From Candidatus Thorarchaeota archaeon (lineage in GTDB: Archaea > Asgardarchaeota > Thorarchaeia > Thorarchaeales > Thorarchaeaceae), in contig JAUVHR010000001.1 in assembly GCA_030593165.1 (NCBI GenBank), positions 25,025-89,024 on the forward strand: a DNA stretch of 64,000 nucleotides, given 5' to 3'. Shown here one piece after another: positions 20,866 through 29,751 of this stretch (position 1 is the first letter of the stretch; every line of letters begins with the position of its first letter). Made by a program: the position numbers and the translations under genes. Under the pieces are notes generated by a model. It had not been told where the DNA came from. It saw only the letters and a list, made by a program, of their open reading frames with translations, and searched no databases.

Positions 20866-21780
20866 TTGCAGAATGACCCAATCTTCGTATGGATATACGG
20901 ATTCTTCGATAGCTTATTTGCCCAACCTCTACGTGAACTGGGCATACCACTCGGACCCGGCGACTACTTTCTCATTTTCTATACTTTGTTGTTTGTCGTG
21001 ATTATTAGTGTCCTAGTACGTCGCAGCCGACGTGGAGGCGGAATTCCCGAAGGAGTAAAGACGATTATTGCCTCCACGGGTGATGTATCTGCAGGTATGA
21101 CAGGGACGAAGAAAGTTGATTTTCTCAGAACCCCTTCAGAAGCAATCGTTTTCCTGAAAATCGAGGAGAATGCCATCCAACAGGCACTATTGGCAGTGGA
21201 CTATTACGTTCAGCAGGGCGAAATAGACGAGGTAATGAAGGCTAAACTTACAGAACTTTATCGGAAACGATTTGAGGCAGTACAGGCTGCAATAGTCAAG
21301 GAATCAGATCTTAAGGACATAGTTGAAACAGATGCAGCAGTGGACAAGGCACGTTCGGATTACTTACGTAAGATGGCTGCGATGTCAGGTACTACTGTCG
21401 AAGACGATAGTGCTGATGTCGGTCCGCCAAGTGTTGGAGCACCGGGAAGTGTAACCGAAAGCGCTCCTCCAACCACTACTCCAGCAACAGATAGTGGCCC
21501 TCCAGGTGGAGCTGCACCCACAGACGGTCCCCCAGGTGGAGCTGCACCCACAGGCGGTCCCCCAGGTGGAGCTGCACCCACAGGCGGTCCTCCAGGTGGA
21601 GCTGCACCCACAGGCGGCCCTCCAGGTGGAGCTGCACCCACAGGCGGCCCTCCAGCTGAGGCTGCACCCAGTAGTGCTGCAGATACTGGCACGCCCAAGA
21701 GTGCGGGTGGAAAGAGCACCCTACAGGCTGAGATGCTTGCAGAGATGGAACGACTGAGAACTCTGATGAGTGGTGATTAG
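20866..21780 (+). CDS. membrane-anchored protein with C-terminal (GGPPGGAAPT)n low-complexity repeats; TTG start
   Basis: One N-terminal TM segment, a helical middle region, and about 5.5 copies of a decapeptide repeat. Confidence 0.6.
   Translation: MQNDPIFVWIYGFFDSLFAQPLRELGIPLGPGDYFLIFYTLLFVVIISVLVRRSRRGGGIPEGVKTIIASTGDVSAGMTGTKKVDFLRTPSEAIVFLKIEENAIQQALLAVDYYVQQGEIDEVMKAKLTELYRKRFEAVQAAIVKESDLKDIVETDAAVDKARSDYLRKMAAMSGTTVEDDSADVGPPSVGAPGSVTESAPPTTTPATDSGPPGGAAPTDGPPGGAAPTGGPPGGAAPTGGPPGGAAPTGGPPGGAAPTGGPPAEAAPSSAADTGTPKSAGGKSTLQAEMLAEMERLRTLMSGD
21496..21670 (+). repeat. 30-nt tandem repeat x ~5.5 (ggtcccccaggtggagctgcacccacaggc), coding
   Basis: Head-to-tail near-identical units inside the 20866-21780 ORF. 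Confidence 0.9.
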
Positions 21781-21893
21781 TATATGAATGGCGGTTCTCA
21801 TCCGCCTTCCTCTTCTTGTCATTTCTTCAATCATCCAGAAGGCTTTTTGAAACCAATATGAGAGAAATAATCAGTCAATGGGAGATGTCTGAC

Positions 21894-22577
21894 ATGTCTA
21901 ATACCAAGCTGAACGCAGCCAAGAGTGCTATCGAGCTAATCCCAAAGAAGGGAGCTATAGGGCTAGGAAGTGGTTCCACTGTCGCAATCTTTGCGGAAGA
22001 GCTCGGGCGCCGCATATCCGAAGGCGAAGTAGAGATTTCTGTGGTACCCAGTTCATATCAGGCGTATCAATTAGCTGTTTTATACAAAATCCCTCTTACA
22101 AACTTAGACATAGACCCTGAGCTCTTGCTTACTATAGATGGAGCCGACGAAGTTGACAAAGACCTGAATCTGACAAAGGGCGGCGGGGGGGCACTATTCC
22201 AAGAGAAAGTAGTAGCCTCAGCATCAAAGAAGCTTGTTATTATCGTAGACGAATCCAAACTTGTGGATAGACTTGCAACAAGATTCCCAATCCCAGTAGA
22301 GGTATTACCATTCTCACTAGGTGTTGTGAGGAGAAAAATTGAGGCCATGGGAATCACTCCGAAAATAAGGGAAGCCCAGAGAAAGATTGGTCCTGTAGTT
22401 ACTGACAATGGGAACTTTATACTTGACCTGCAATTCCCAGAACCCATCCAGAATCCCACAAAGATTGCAGTTGATCTAAAGATGATTCCCGGAATTGTCG
22501 AAACCGGTCTCTTCGTGAACATGACAAATGAGGTTCATGTCGGGACTGAAGAGAACGCATACATACTGAAGAAGTAG
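21894..22577 (+). CDS. rpiA: ribose-5-phosphate isomerase A (start set to the internal ATG; the track ORF begins at TTG 21816)
   Basis: GLGSGSTV, DGADEVD, and KGGGGALFQEK. Confidence 0.85.
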   Translation: MSNTKLNAAKSAIELIPKKGAIGLGSGSTVAIFAEELGRRISEGEVEISVVPSSYQAYQLAVLYKIPLTNLDIDPELLLTIDGADEVDKDLNLTKGGGGALFQEKVVASASKKLVIIVDESKLVDRLATRFPIPVEVLPFSLGVVRRKIEAMGITPKIREAQRKIGPVVTDNGNFILDLQFPEPIQNPTKIAVDLKMIPGIVETGLFVNMTNEVHVGTEENAYILKK

Positions 22578-22711
22578 TGGCGGGCCCGGCAGGATTTGAA
22601 CCTGCGATAACTAACTTACTCCAGACTCACTCTTGTGGTCAATAGGAGGCTAGTGCCTTATCAATCCCGCATGAAGGATGTTCAAATGCGACCAGACTAG
22701 GCCACGGGCCC
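22578..22711 (-). tRNA. tRNA-Arg(CCU) with two introns (D-loop and canonical 37/38)
   Basis: The reverse complement gives acceptor GGGCCCG/CGGGCCC. D stem GCCT..AGGC is interrupted by ~29 nt. The anticodon arm is CTAGC-CTCCTA[26-nt intron]A-GTTAG. T arm is GCAGG-TTCAAAT-CCTGC. Confidence 0.75.
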
Positions 22712-22859
22712 TAGACAGACGCGGCATCAACTCATCTTATAGACTATTCGTTAAAATACCGACATTCTGGGTAGTCACATCAAGTGACTCTATTCTGTGA
22801 CCCTCTCAAGTGGCTCCGTATTATATACCAAATCTGAGTAGTATTCCTTGTGAAATATC

Positions 22860-22970
22860 ATGGCTCTAGCATCAAACTCTCAGGTTTCATCCGTGACGAA
22901 GAACAAAAAGACTGCAAAGGTCCAGACGACCTCTGCCGTTGGCTATGCTTACATGACTGTTGTGAGGTAA
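22860..22970 (+). CDS. micro-ORF 1 (36 aa) MALASNSQVSSVTKNKKTAKVQTTSAVGYAYMTVVR
   Basis: My own translation; the ORF is below the track length cutoff. It is a paralogue of micro-ORF 2 (MALA N-terminus, YAY near the C-terminus, terminal R). Confidence 0.3.
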   Translation: MALASNSQVSSVTKNKKTAKVQTTSAVGYAYMTVVR

Positions 22971-22975
22971 TCTAA

Positions 22976-23059
22976 ATGGCTCTAGCTAAGACTCGTTCTA
23001 AGGCTCCAAAGATTCGCATCCGTACCAAGGCAATCACATATGCCTACTTCAAGAGGTAA
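22976..23059 (+). CDS. micro-ORF 2 (27 aa) MALAKTRSKAPKIRIRTKAITYAYFKR
   Basis: Starts 5 nt after the ORF 1 stop. Highly basic. Confidence 0.3.
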   Translation: MALAKTRSKAPKIRIRTKAITYAYFKR

Positions 23060-23064
23060 TACCA

Positions 23065-23187
23065 ATGTCTGGTAATTACTACCATGACAAGGACCCAACA
23101 TCTCTGAGAATCAAGTCACATGCACATACGTCTAGCGAAACGAGTGTGCTCTCAGTCGGTGATATACTCACATTGGAAACAACGTGA
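23065..23187 (+). CDS. micro-ORF 3 (40 aa) MSGNYYHDKDPTSLRIKSHAHTSSETSVLSVGDILTLETT
   Basis: Starts 5 nt after the ORF 2 stop, on the same strand. Confidence 0.25.
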   Translation: MSGNYYHDKDPTSLRIKSHAHTSSETSVLSVGDILTLETT

Positions 23188-23208
23188 GTATCACACTCTT
23201 TCTCCAAT

Positions 23209-24477
23209 CTATGCAATTTTCGCAGTAATCTTAGCTCCTTCTTCTAGTGCATCTACCAGCATACTACCCTGCCTAGTTTTAATCCGAATTGAGCTTTCTC
23301 CGTTCCGTCCAACAACTGTAGTAAATAGATAGACATCATCTGCAAAAATCTCGATTCTTGTCTTTGCGTACTTCCTTCCTGAATGTATTGTGACCTTCTT
23401 CTTCGAGTAGCCAACAGAGATTTGTACACTCTCTCCTGGTTTTCCTCTACCCAAGTCCCTTCTCTCACCGCGAAATGCTGTGGGCCTACTGCCTCTTACA
23501 GGAACTACAACCTTTTCGCCACCAAATGAAAATATCTCATGTTCCAGTGCACCTTGTTCGAAATCACGAATCTCGACTACAGGTCGTGCAAGATCTCTCT
23601 GACTGCCACCCATTCCCGTTGGCAGCTTGACCTTGAGACTCAGGGCCGCTATTTTCGCAACACGTCCAGCCTCGATTTGAATGACGGTGTCCACAGTACT
23701 CGGCAATTGTCCAAGTTCAACCCTTCCTCTAAGAATTAAGCGTTGAATCGCATCAATAGAAGAGCCGGCGTGCACAACACCAACCATTCCAACACCTGCA
23801 GAACGGAGATCAGCATACGCCTCGAAGTCCGCGTCTTTCCTAAGCTCGTCGTAGATTACATAGTCAGGCCGCACGAGTAACAGTACATCTGCAGCTTTCT
23901 CCATACTACCATCAAGTGGTGCATATTGTACGATTTCGTCTGTTACTTGGAGGTCTCGAGGTTGCTCAAGTGTTTTAACGATATTCCCCTTTCGGCTATA
24001 GAACTCTGCAAGTGCCGCTGCAAAAGTGCTTTTTCCAGAACCAGGCGAGCCAGAAATCAGTATGCCCTCTGCACGAGTTTCTAGCCTCTTTGTCAATTTC
24101 GTACTGAGATCATAATCACTTATGTCGAGTTTGATTATGGGACGAATCGCCGAAATCTCCAGTTTGTCCGAGAATGGAGGCATTGCAATGACGATTCTCA
24201 GATTTCTCAGTTGCACTACTGCCGCACCATGTTCTTCGATTTCAACAAAAGACTTGTTGTCTTGTCTTGCACTCTCAAGTATTGCCTCTGCCAATACTTC
24301 AAGTTCCTCCCGTGTAAGAAGCCTTTTCGAGAGTTCTACAAGTTCCCAGCTACCAGGTGCCCCCCTCTTAGCCCGTGGGGGATTGTTCTCAACAAGGTGA
24401 ACACTCATCGTGTATTCATCAAAGAACTGCTCAAGAATCACAAGTTCGTTGTCGTCGTCATTCCATTCTTCTGTCAT
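23209..24477 (-). CDS. PilT-family ATPase with C-terminal KH-like domain (COG1855-like, no N-terminal PIN seen)
   Basis: Walker A (ISGSPGSGKST), Walker B (VIYDELR), and PilT-like VGVVHAGS. Confidence 0.7.
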   Translation of the reverse strand: MTEEWNDDDNELVILEQFFDEYTMSVHLVENNPPRAKRGAPGSWELVELSKRLLTREELEVLAEAILESARQDNKSFVEIEEHGAAVVQLRNLRIVIAMPPFSDKLEISAIRPIIKLDISDYDLSTKLTKRLETRAEGILISGSPGSGKSTFAAALAEFYSRKGNIVKTLEQPRDLQVTDEIVQYAPLDGSMEKAADVLLLVRPDYVIYDELRKDADFEAYADLRSAGVGMVGVVHAGSSIDAIQRLILRGRVELGQLPSTVDTVIQIEAGRVAKIAALSLKVKLPTGMGGSQRDLARPVVEIRDFEQGALEHEIFSFGGEKVVVPVRGSRPTAFRGERRDLGRGKPGESVQISVGYSKKKVTIHSGRKYAKTRIEIFADDVYLFTTVVGRNGESSIRIKTRQGSMLVDALEEGAKITAKIA

Positions 24478-25175
24478 TATGAATCATCCCCACGGTTTCG
24501 GAGGGTGGTATGGGCAACCTTGTAGTAGTTTACTTCCCCATTCCGGTCAACAAGAGCAAAGACTAATTTCTTCCTTGCTGCAGAAGCCGCGTCCGTAATC
24601 ATATCAAGATTTGTAAGGGAAATTGGCTCACCCTCTTTCAGGATGTATACAAACTGATTTGCTGTTGCATTTCCTGGTTTTTCACCTCTTGCATATACTC
24701 GAAATCCTATCCCATGACCAAGACCTTGACGTACTGCATAACCTCTACTTCTCAAATCTCTAAAGACCAAATATCTCACCCAGAGACCTGGGTCATCTGG
24801 AAGCAAATCATTGATGATTTCCTTGGCTTCTACTTTCCTTCCCTGAACAGACTTGACGAAGATTCGCTTCCGCTCAATGAGATGCAGAATCTCGACTGGT
24901 AGCAACTCCAGTCTTCCATCATCAAGTCTAGTACCGTAGAATCCCTGCTGTGAAATCTTGTCAGTATTTTCATGACTCACATAACCGCGTCCACTTTCAA
25001 AGATGGCTTCTACTGGCTCTTCCTCTGGTTCGGATGTTTTCTCATCCAGAACGACCTCTTCTAGGTCAATATCCTGTTGAGTCTGGTCATCATCATGTTC
25101 TTCTGACAAATTCGTTTCCCTACTCTCAATAGACCCCTGTCTTTCTGTGAAAAAGTCTTCGACATCACCAAGCAC
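24477..25175 (-). CDS. endA: tRNA-splicing endonuclease family subunit with an acidic N-terminal extension; catalytic His not obvious
   Basis: RYLVFRDLRSRGYAVRQGLGHGIGFRVYARG ... ARKKLVFALVD matches the EndA C-terminal domain. The position expected for the catalytic His reads NQFVYIL. Confidence 0.7.
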   Translation of the reverse strand: MLGDVEDFFTERQGSIESRETNLSEEHDDDQTQQDIDLEEVVLDEKTSEPEEEPVEAIFESGRGYVSHENTDKISQQGFYGTRLDDGRLELLPVEILHLIERKRIFVKSVQGRKVEAKEIINDLLPDDPGLWVRYLVFRDLRSRGYAVRQGLGHGIGFRVYARGEKPGNATANQFVYILKEGEPISLTNLDMITDAASAARKKLVFALVDRNGEVNYYKVAHTTLRNRGDDS

Positions 25176-25196
25176 AAGAACTATAGCGCCTACAAC

Positions 25197-25727
25197 GTGG
25201 AAACGTCTGTGACAGCTGACTCTATTGAAGCAAAATTAGAACTATTCATTTCTGGAGCAAAACGCGTAGCAGTTCTTGGAATCGGTAATCCACTCAGAAC
25301 AGATGATGGGCTTGGTCCATTCATTGTAGAAAACATGAAAACGGAACATCGCAACGTGTTCATTGAGAATGTTGGATCGGTTCCTGAGGCATTCGCCCGT
25401 CCACTTGCTGAGTTTGGAGCTGATAGAGTAATCATGGTGGATGCAGCTGATATGAGAAAACCAATTGGCCATATTGAGCTGGTCACAAAAGACCGGATTG
25501 GGGGTATCACAATTAGTACTCATAGTATGCCTCTCTCTTTCTTGATGATGTACTTGGAAGATTCAACTGGTGGAGAAACCATTCTTCTTGGAATTCAACC
25601 AAGAAGCATCCAGTTTGGAGAGGGTCTAAATCCCGAGATAGAAGAAATTTCTAGAGAGATCATAAACACCCTTGATAGAGTACTGAATGAACACTTTGGA
25701 GGAATTCAAGATGTTTCGGACGATTGA
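25197..25727 (+). CDS. hydrogenase maturation endopeptidase (HycI/FrhD-like); GTG start
   Basis: VAVLGIGNPLRTDDGLGPFIVE and a downstream ISTHS motif. Confidence 0.75.
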   Translation: METSVTADSIEAKLELFISGAKRVAVLGIGNPLRTDDGLGPFIVENMKTEHRNVFIENVGSVPEAFARPLAEFGADRVIMVDAADMRKPIGHIELVTKDRIGGITISTHSMPLSFLMMYLEDSTGGETILLGIQPRSIQFGEGLNPEIEEISREIINTLDRVLNEHFGGIQDVSDD

Positions 25728-26754
25728 ATGGTTGGATGATACGAGGGAAGTGAAGCTTGTAGACCAGACAAAGCTTCCATTGGCCACAAAACACATTGTG
25801 ACTTCAAGCCACGAACGTGTGGCAAAATCAATCAAGATCATGGAGATTCGTGGTGCACCTGCAATTGGAGCAGCAGCAGGAATGGGAATGGCACTTGCTG
25901 CGATTGAGAGTAAGGCAAAGACCAAGAATAATCTTCTTGATTTTCTACGAAAAGCCGCTGTCACTCTCAATACTCGTCCAACAGCTGTAAATCTTACTTG
26001 GGCCACTACCCGGATGCTCAGAGTTGCTGAAGCAGCCGAAGATGGTGTTGATCAAATTGTGGAGATACTGGTTGGTGAGGGAAAGGAAATAGCCGAAGAG
26101 GATGTTCGTATGTGTCAAAGCATGGGCAAACATGCTCTTTCAGTGATTGAATCCGGATTTGTAATCCAAACAATCTGCAATGCAGGTTCACTTGCAACTG
26201 TTCACCTTGGTACAGTTGGCGCAGTGGTCAGAGTTGCACATGAAAAGTATGGCGGCAACATTGAGGTGTACGCAGTGGAAACTCGCCCACGCCAGCAGGG
26301 TGCCCGACTAACAGTTTTCGAGTTCATGGAAGATGGTATTGATACAACACTAATCACTGATGGCATGATTGGTACAGTCTTCCGAGAGGGCAGGATTGAC
26401 TGTTGTGTGGTTGGTGCTGACCGGATACTGAAGACAGGTCATGTAATTAACAAAATTGGAACATACACGATGGCAATCACCGCAAAATTCCACAAAATTC
26501 CATTCTATGTAGCAGCCCCTATGTCAACCATAGATATGGAAACCAATCCCGCCGATGTGGTAATCGAAGAACGCGATGGTGATGAAATCCGAATAATCAA
26601 TGGCAAATACATCACTGTACCTACCACAAAGGTGTACAATCCTGCGTTTGACATGACCCCACCTGAGCTCATAACGGCGATTATTACTGACAAGGGCATA
26701 GTTGAAGTACCAAATAAGAGAAAAATACTGGAAATCCATAAGAAAATAGATTGA
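25711..26754 (+). CDS. mtnA: eIF-2B alpha/beta/delta-family isomerase (methylthioribose-1-phosphate isomerase MtnA-type)
   Basis: MFRTIEWLDD..LVDQTKLP, IRGAPAIGAAAGMG, CNAGSLAT, ETRPRQQGARLT, and VGADR. Confidence 0.8.
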   Translation: MFRTIEWLDDTREVKLVDQTKLPLATKHIVTSSHERVAKSIKIMEIRGAPAIGAAAGMGMALAAIESKAKTKNNLLDFLRKAAVTLNTRPTAVNLTWATTRMLRVAEAAEDGVDQIVEILVGEGKEIAEEDVRMCQSMGKHALSVIESGFVIQTICNAGSLATVHLGTVGAVVRVAHEKYGGNIEVYAVETRPRQQGARLTVFEFMEDGIDTTLITDGMIGTVFREGRIDCCVVGADRILKTGHVINKIGTYTMAITAKFHKIPFYVAAPMSTIDMETNPADVVIEERDGDEIRIINGKYITVPTTKVYNPAFDMTPPELITAIITDKGIVEVPNKRKILEIHKKID

Positions 26755-27146
26755 AACCACACGATTTCACAATGCGCCTTCATCCGATATCATGCATTCA
26801 TTGATCTTAGGAGGAGGATTGATTATTGACTCAATATAGACTAACTTATTCAATCGTCGGTGATTCCCCCCAATGCGGATACAACTGGATGGACAATAGC
26901 TATGAAAAATCTCTTTAGGTCAGCCCTTGACAAGCTCTGTTCATCAGAAGATTGAGCGTGATATGATAGAGGGAGATTTTTTCAATTTTCTCACATATCA
27001 AGGACAAAATCATCTAGTCGTTAATAGTTTGATGAGTTCATTGATTCTTTTGCGCGACTTATCGATGAAATCGAATCCTTTGAAGAGTAACAATCATTTG
27101 ATTTGGTACAGAATGGCTTAAGAGGAAATTATTATCGAAAAGAAAC

Positions 27147-27224
27147 GGGCGCGTAGTCTAGTCCGGATAGGGCGCCAGCCTTCGAAGTTGGATGTCACCG
27201 GTTCGAATCCGGTCGTGCCCGCCA
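27147..27224 (+). tRNA. tRNA-Arg(UCG)
   Basis: Acceptor is GGGCGCG/CGTGCCC. Anticodon arm is CCAGC-CTTCGAA-GTTGG. T arm is ACCGG-TTCGAAT-CCGGT. CCA is encoded. Confidence 0.9.
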
Positions 27225-27261
27225 TTTTCTGTAAGTAATCCCAGCTGTTCTTGATACAGTA

Positions 27262-27486
27262 CTATTTCTTGCCTAGTTTCTTACTCCAGACATCCAGAAA
27301 GAATTCCAGAGATCGGTCATAGGTACGTTCTGCCTCGGGTGGAAACAGGCATCCAGGAAGCTCCTGATGTTTCCAGTGGTACTTTATACATTCACAGCAG
27401 ATGCCCTGTCTGGAGCAGCTTGAGTACGTACATCCACAGCTTTCTTTGTTCTTCTCAACATTACAGATTCTATCTGTCATTTCCAA
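27262..27486 (-). CDS. small Cys-rich protein (10 Cys in 74 aa)
   Basis: CNVEKNKESCGCTYSSCSRQGICCECIKYHW. Confidence 0.5.
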   Translation of the reverse strand: MEMTDRICNVEKNKESCGCTYSSCSRQGICCECIKYHWKHQELPGCLFPPEAERTYDRSLEFFLDVWSKKLGKK

Positions 27487-27576
27487 GGCACCAATCTCAC
27501 CTCCAACCTATCCGCTTTAACCTGTTTGGTGTGGTCGGCAGGCTAATATCGGGGGCAGGGGAGGATTGCCCATACC

Positions 27577-28359
27577 ATGGACTTTCTGAAAGAACTTGGT
27601 AGCTACTTGGTCGGTGTAGATGACACCCCACTTGATGTTTCAAGGATTGGAACACTAGAGAGCGAATTGGAGAGGCTTTGGTCCGAGTATGACTTTGAAA
27701 TCATCGAACGATTCAGGAGCAGAAAGAACATCGTTGTTCGTCTTGGCGCCCTGCATAAAGGCGAGCTAGTTCCACTGGAGCTTGTCGCGAAGCTGTTTGT
27801 CACCGACCACTTTGAGAATGAACTCAAGATACTCCAAGCAAGCCATGAGAAGGGCCTAGCAGTACCAAAGGTGATATCAGCTGTTGATGGAATTCTCCTG
27901 ATGCCCTACATGATGGGAGAACCACTTACAACACGCATTAATCGTACATTCGAGGAAGCGTTGATAGATGAACTTGCAGAGTGGTACTATAGGTTCCACG
28001 AGGCTCATGCACTCCTCAAGGGTGATCCACGGCTTCGCAATTTCATCTGCGGAATGAATCCATTGGTTGGTTTGGACTTTGAGGAATCCGGTCCTGGTCA
28101 TTGGATGTTTGATATTGCTGGTGCAAGTGCCAGTCTGCTTGATACAAGACCAGTCTATGATGCAAGGAAGCGAAAACTTGCTTGGAGATTACTCGAACAG
28201 TATTTGAACCTAAGAGGTGACGAACAGACACCCAAAATTAACAGACTTTTCATTGAAACCGTGTCTGACATACTCCAAAGGACTGCACACTGGCGAAAAG
28301 ACAATGCTATCATGGAGCTCGCAGACCAGATAAGGAGAAGCGGTATCGCATTGAAGTAA
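27577..28359 (+). CDS. protein-kinase-like / aminoglycoside-phosphotransferase-like fold protein
   Basis: LKGDPRLRNFI resembles the HxDxxxxN catalytic loop. Weak. Confidence 0.4.
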   Translation: MDFLKELGSYLVGVDDTPLDVSRIGTLESELERLWSEYDFEIIERFRSRKNIVVRLGALHKGELVPLELVAKLFVTDHFENELKILQASHEKGLAVPKVISAVDGILLMPYMMGEPLTTRINRTFEEALIDELAEWYYRFHEAHALLKGDPRLRNFICGMNPLVGLDFEESGPGHWMFDIAGASASLLDTRPVYDARKRKLAWRLLEQYLNLRGDEQTPKINRLFIETVSDILQRTAHWRKDNAIMELADQIRRSGIALK

Positions 28360-28362
28360 TCA

Positions 28363-29751
28363 GTGACTGAAAACGAAACCTTCTATTGGGACTCAAGACC
28401 CCTACTTGAGCCGATATATACGGCTAAACATATCAGTAACTTTGTAACTGGACACAAGGGCGTATCCCATATGGAGCGAAACACATTACAAATAGCAATT
28501 GTAATGGCCATTCTCATAGGCAGTGCTACAGTCATTGGTATGTTCTGGTTCAATACTACCAATGAATCTTCCTCAAGTCTGAATTTCTATGTACTTGGTG
28601 ACTCACAGGGCTACAGTGGTGGACTAGCTCAAGTTGTTACTTCTGCCAACGAGAACCAACCAGATTTCATCTTCCATTCCGGTGACCTCACCCCTTTCGG
28701 GCAAGAGAACCAATATGCTGACGTTATCGACGTAATTGATAATCTAAGGGTACCATTCTATACCACAGCTGGAAACCATGACATTCGTTTAGGTGGAAAT
28801 CATAGGTACGAAATGCTGTTTGGATCTTCAACTTACTCTTTTGATTTTGGTCCCGCTCACTTTAGTGTGATTAACACATCCACAGGCACAATTTCAGACC
28901 AAGAGCTTACTTGGCTGGAGGATAATCTCGTCCAATCAAGTGCTGAATGGAAGGTAGTCTTCACACACATTCCTCCATTTGATCCCCGACAGGGTGAGAA
29001 CCACACCTTGCATGATCAGTCCGCCGGTGAACGATTGATGAGCATCCTTGAATCTAATGGGGTCAATGCATTCTTTGCAGGACACATTCACATGTTCAAT
29101 CTGACCACATTGGATGGGGTGTTATATGCAATTTCAGGTGGGGCTGGGATTTCGCTATATGCAGATACTGATTCGAGTGGGATTTACCACTATCTCAACG
29201 TGACAATCAACAGTGAAGGTATTCTAGTGGAGCCTCTTCTGCTTGAAACCCCAGTTTTGCAACGTGATACCATTACGATTCAGGGTAGCGATGAATCAGT
29301 CACTCTCTCAATTCAGGACCTCAAAAACTTGCCAACAATCGAGGAATTCTCGTCATTTCAAAATCAATATGACAACTGGCGCGGTCAAGGAGTCTATCAC
29401 GGCGTTAAGATTTCAGTTCTCTTGGAACTCATTGGTGGAATTGCCTCGAATCAGAGGTTGAGGGTCAGTGCTATTGATGGTTTTTCCCAAGATTTCACCT
29501 ACTGTAATATCTATCCAAACACAACTTGGTATGAGTATCAAGGTGATATGATTCTGGCATTTGCTTTCAACGAGTCAATAGTCCCTGACTGGTCCAATGG
29601 TCTTAGGATTGTGATGATTCCTGAGGACGGAGGCTATAGTAACGACGACTGTGCCGCGACTTCCGCTGCCGGGATGGGATACAATGTCTATCCGTCTGCT
29701 GGTGCACGATGGATTCGCTTTATCGTTCTTATGGAGGTGACTGACGAGTGA
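28363..29751 (+). CDS. membrane-anchored calcineurin-like metallophosphoesterase with a C-terminal molybdopterin-oxidoreductase-like (YedY/SUOX-fold-like) domain
   Basis: GDSQG, GDLTPFG, GNHD, HIPP and GHIH motifs. The C-terminal domain contains GVKISVLLELIGG..LRVSAIDGF. Confidence 0.7.
   Translation: MTENETFYWDSRPLLEPIYTAKHISNFVTGHKGVSHMERNTLQIAIVMAILIGSATVIGMFWFNTTNESSSSLNFYVLGDSQGYSGGLAQVVTSANENQPDFIFHSGDLTPFGQENQYADVIDVIDNLRVPFYTTAGNHDIRLGGNHRYEMLFGSSTYSFDFGPAHFSVINTSTGTISDQELTWLEDNLVQSSAEWKVVFTHIPPFDPRQGENHTLHDQSAGERLMSILESNGVNAFFAGHIHMFNLTTLDGVLYAISGGAGISLYADTDSSGIYHYLNVTINSEGILVEPLLLETPVLQRDTITIQGSDESVTLSIQDLKNLPTIEEFSSFQNQYDNWRGQGVYHGVKISVLLELIGGIASNQRLRVSAIDGFSQDFTYCNIYPNTTWYEYQGDMILAFAFNESIVPDWSNGLRIVMIPEDGGYSNDDCAATSAAGMGYNVYPSAGARWIRFIVLMEVTDE

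Noticed and set aside
21496-21670. Regular 30-nt repeats that could superficially suggest a CRISPR-like array
   Set aside because: The units are head-to-tail with no spacers. They lie in-frame inside a long ORF and encode (GGPPGGAAPT)n. This is a coding low-complexity tandem repeat.
26755-27146. 64-aa ORF 26927-27121 and short minus-strand ORFs in this gap
   Set aside because: No motif and poor coding appearance. I leave this as an unannotated intergenic region upstream of tRNA-Arg.
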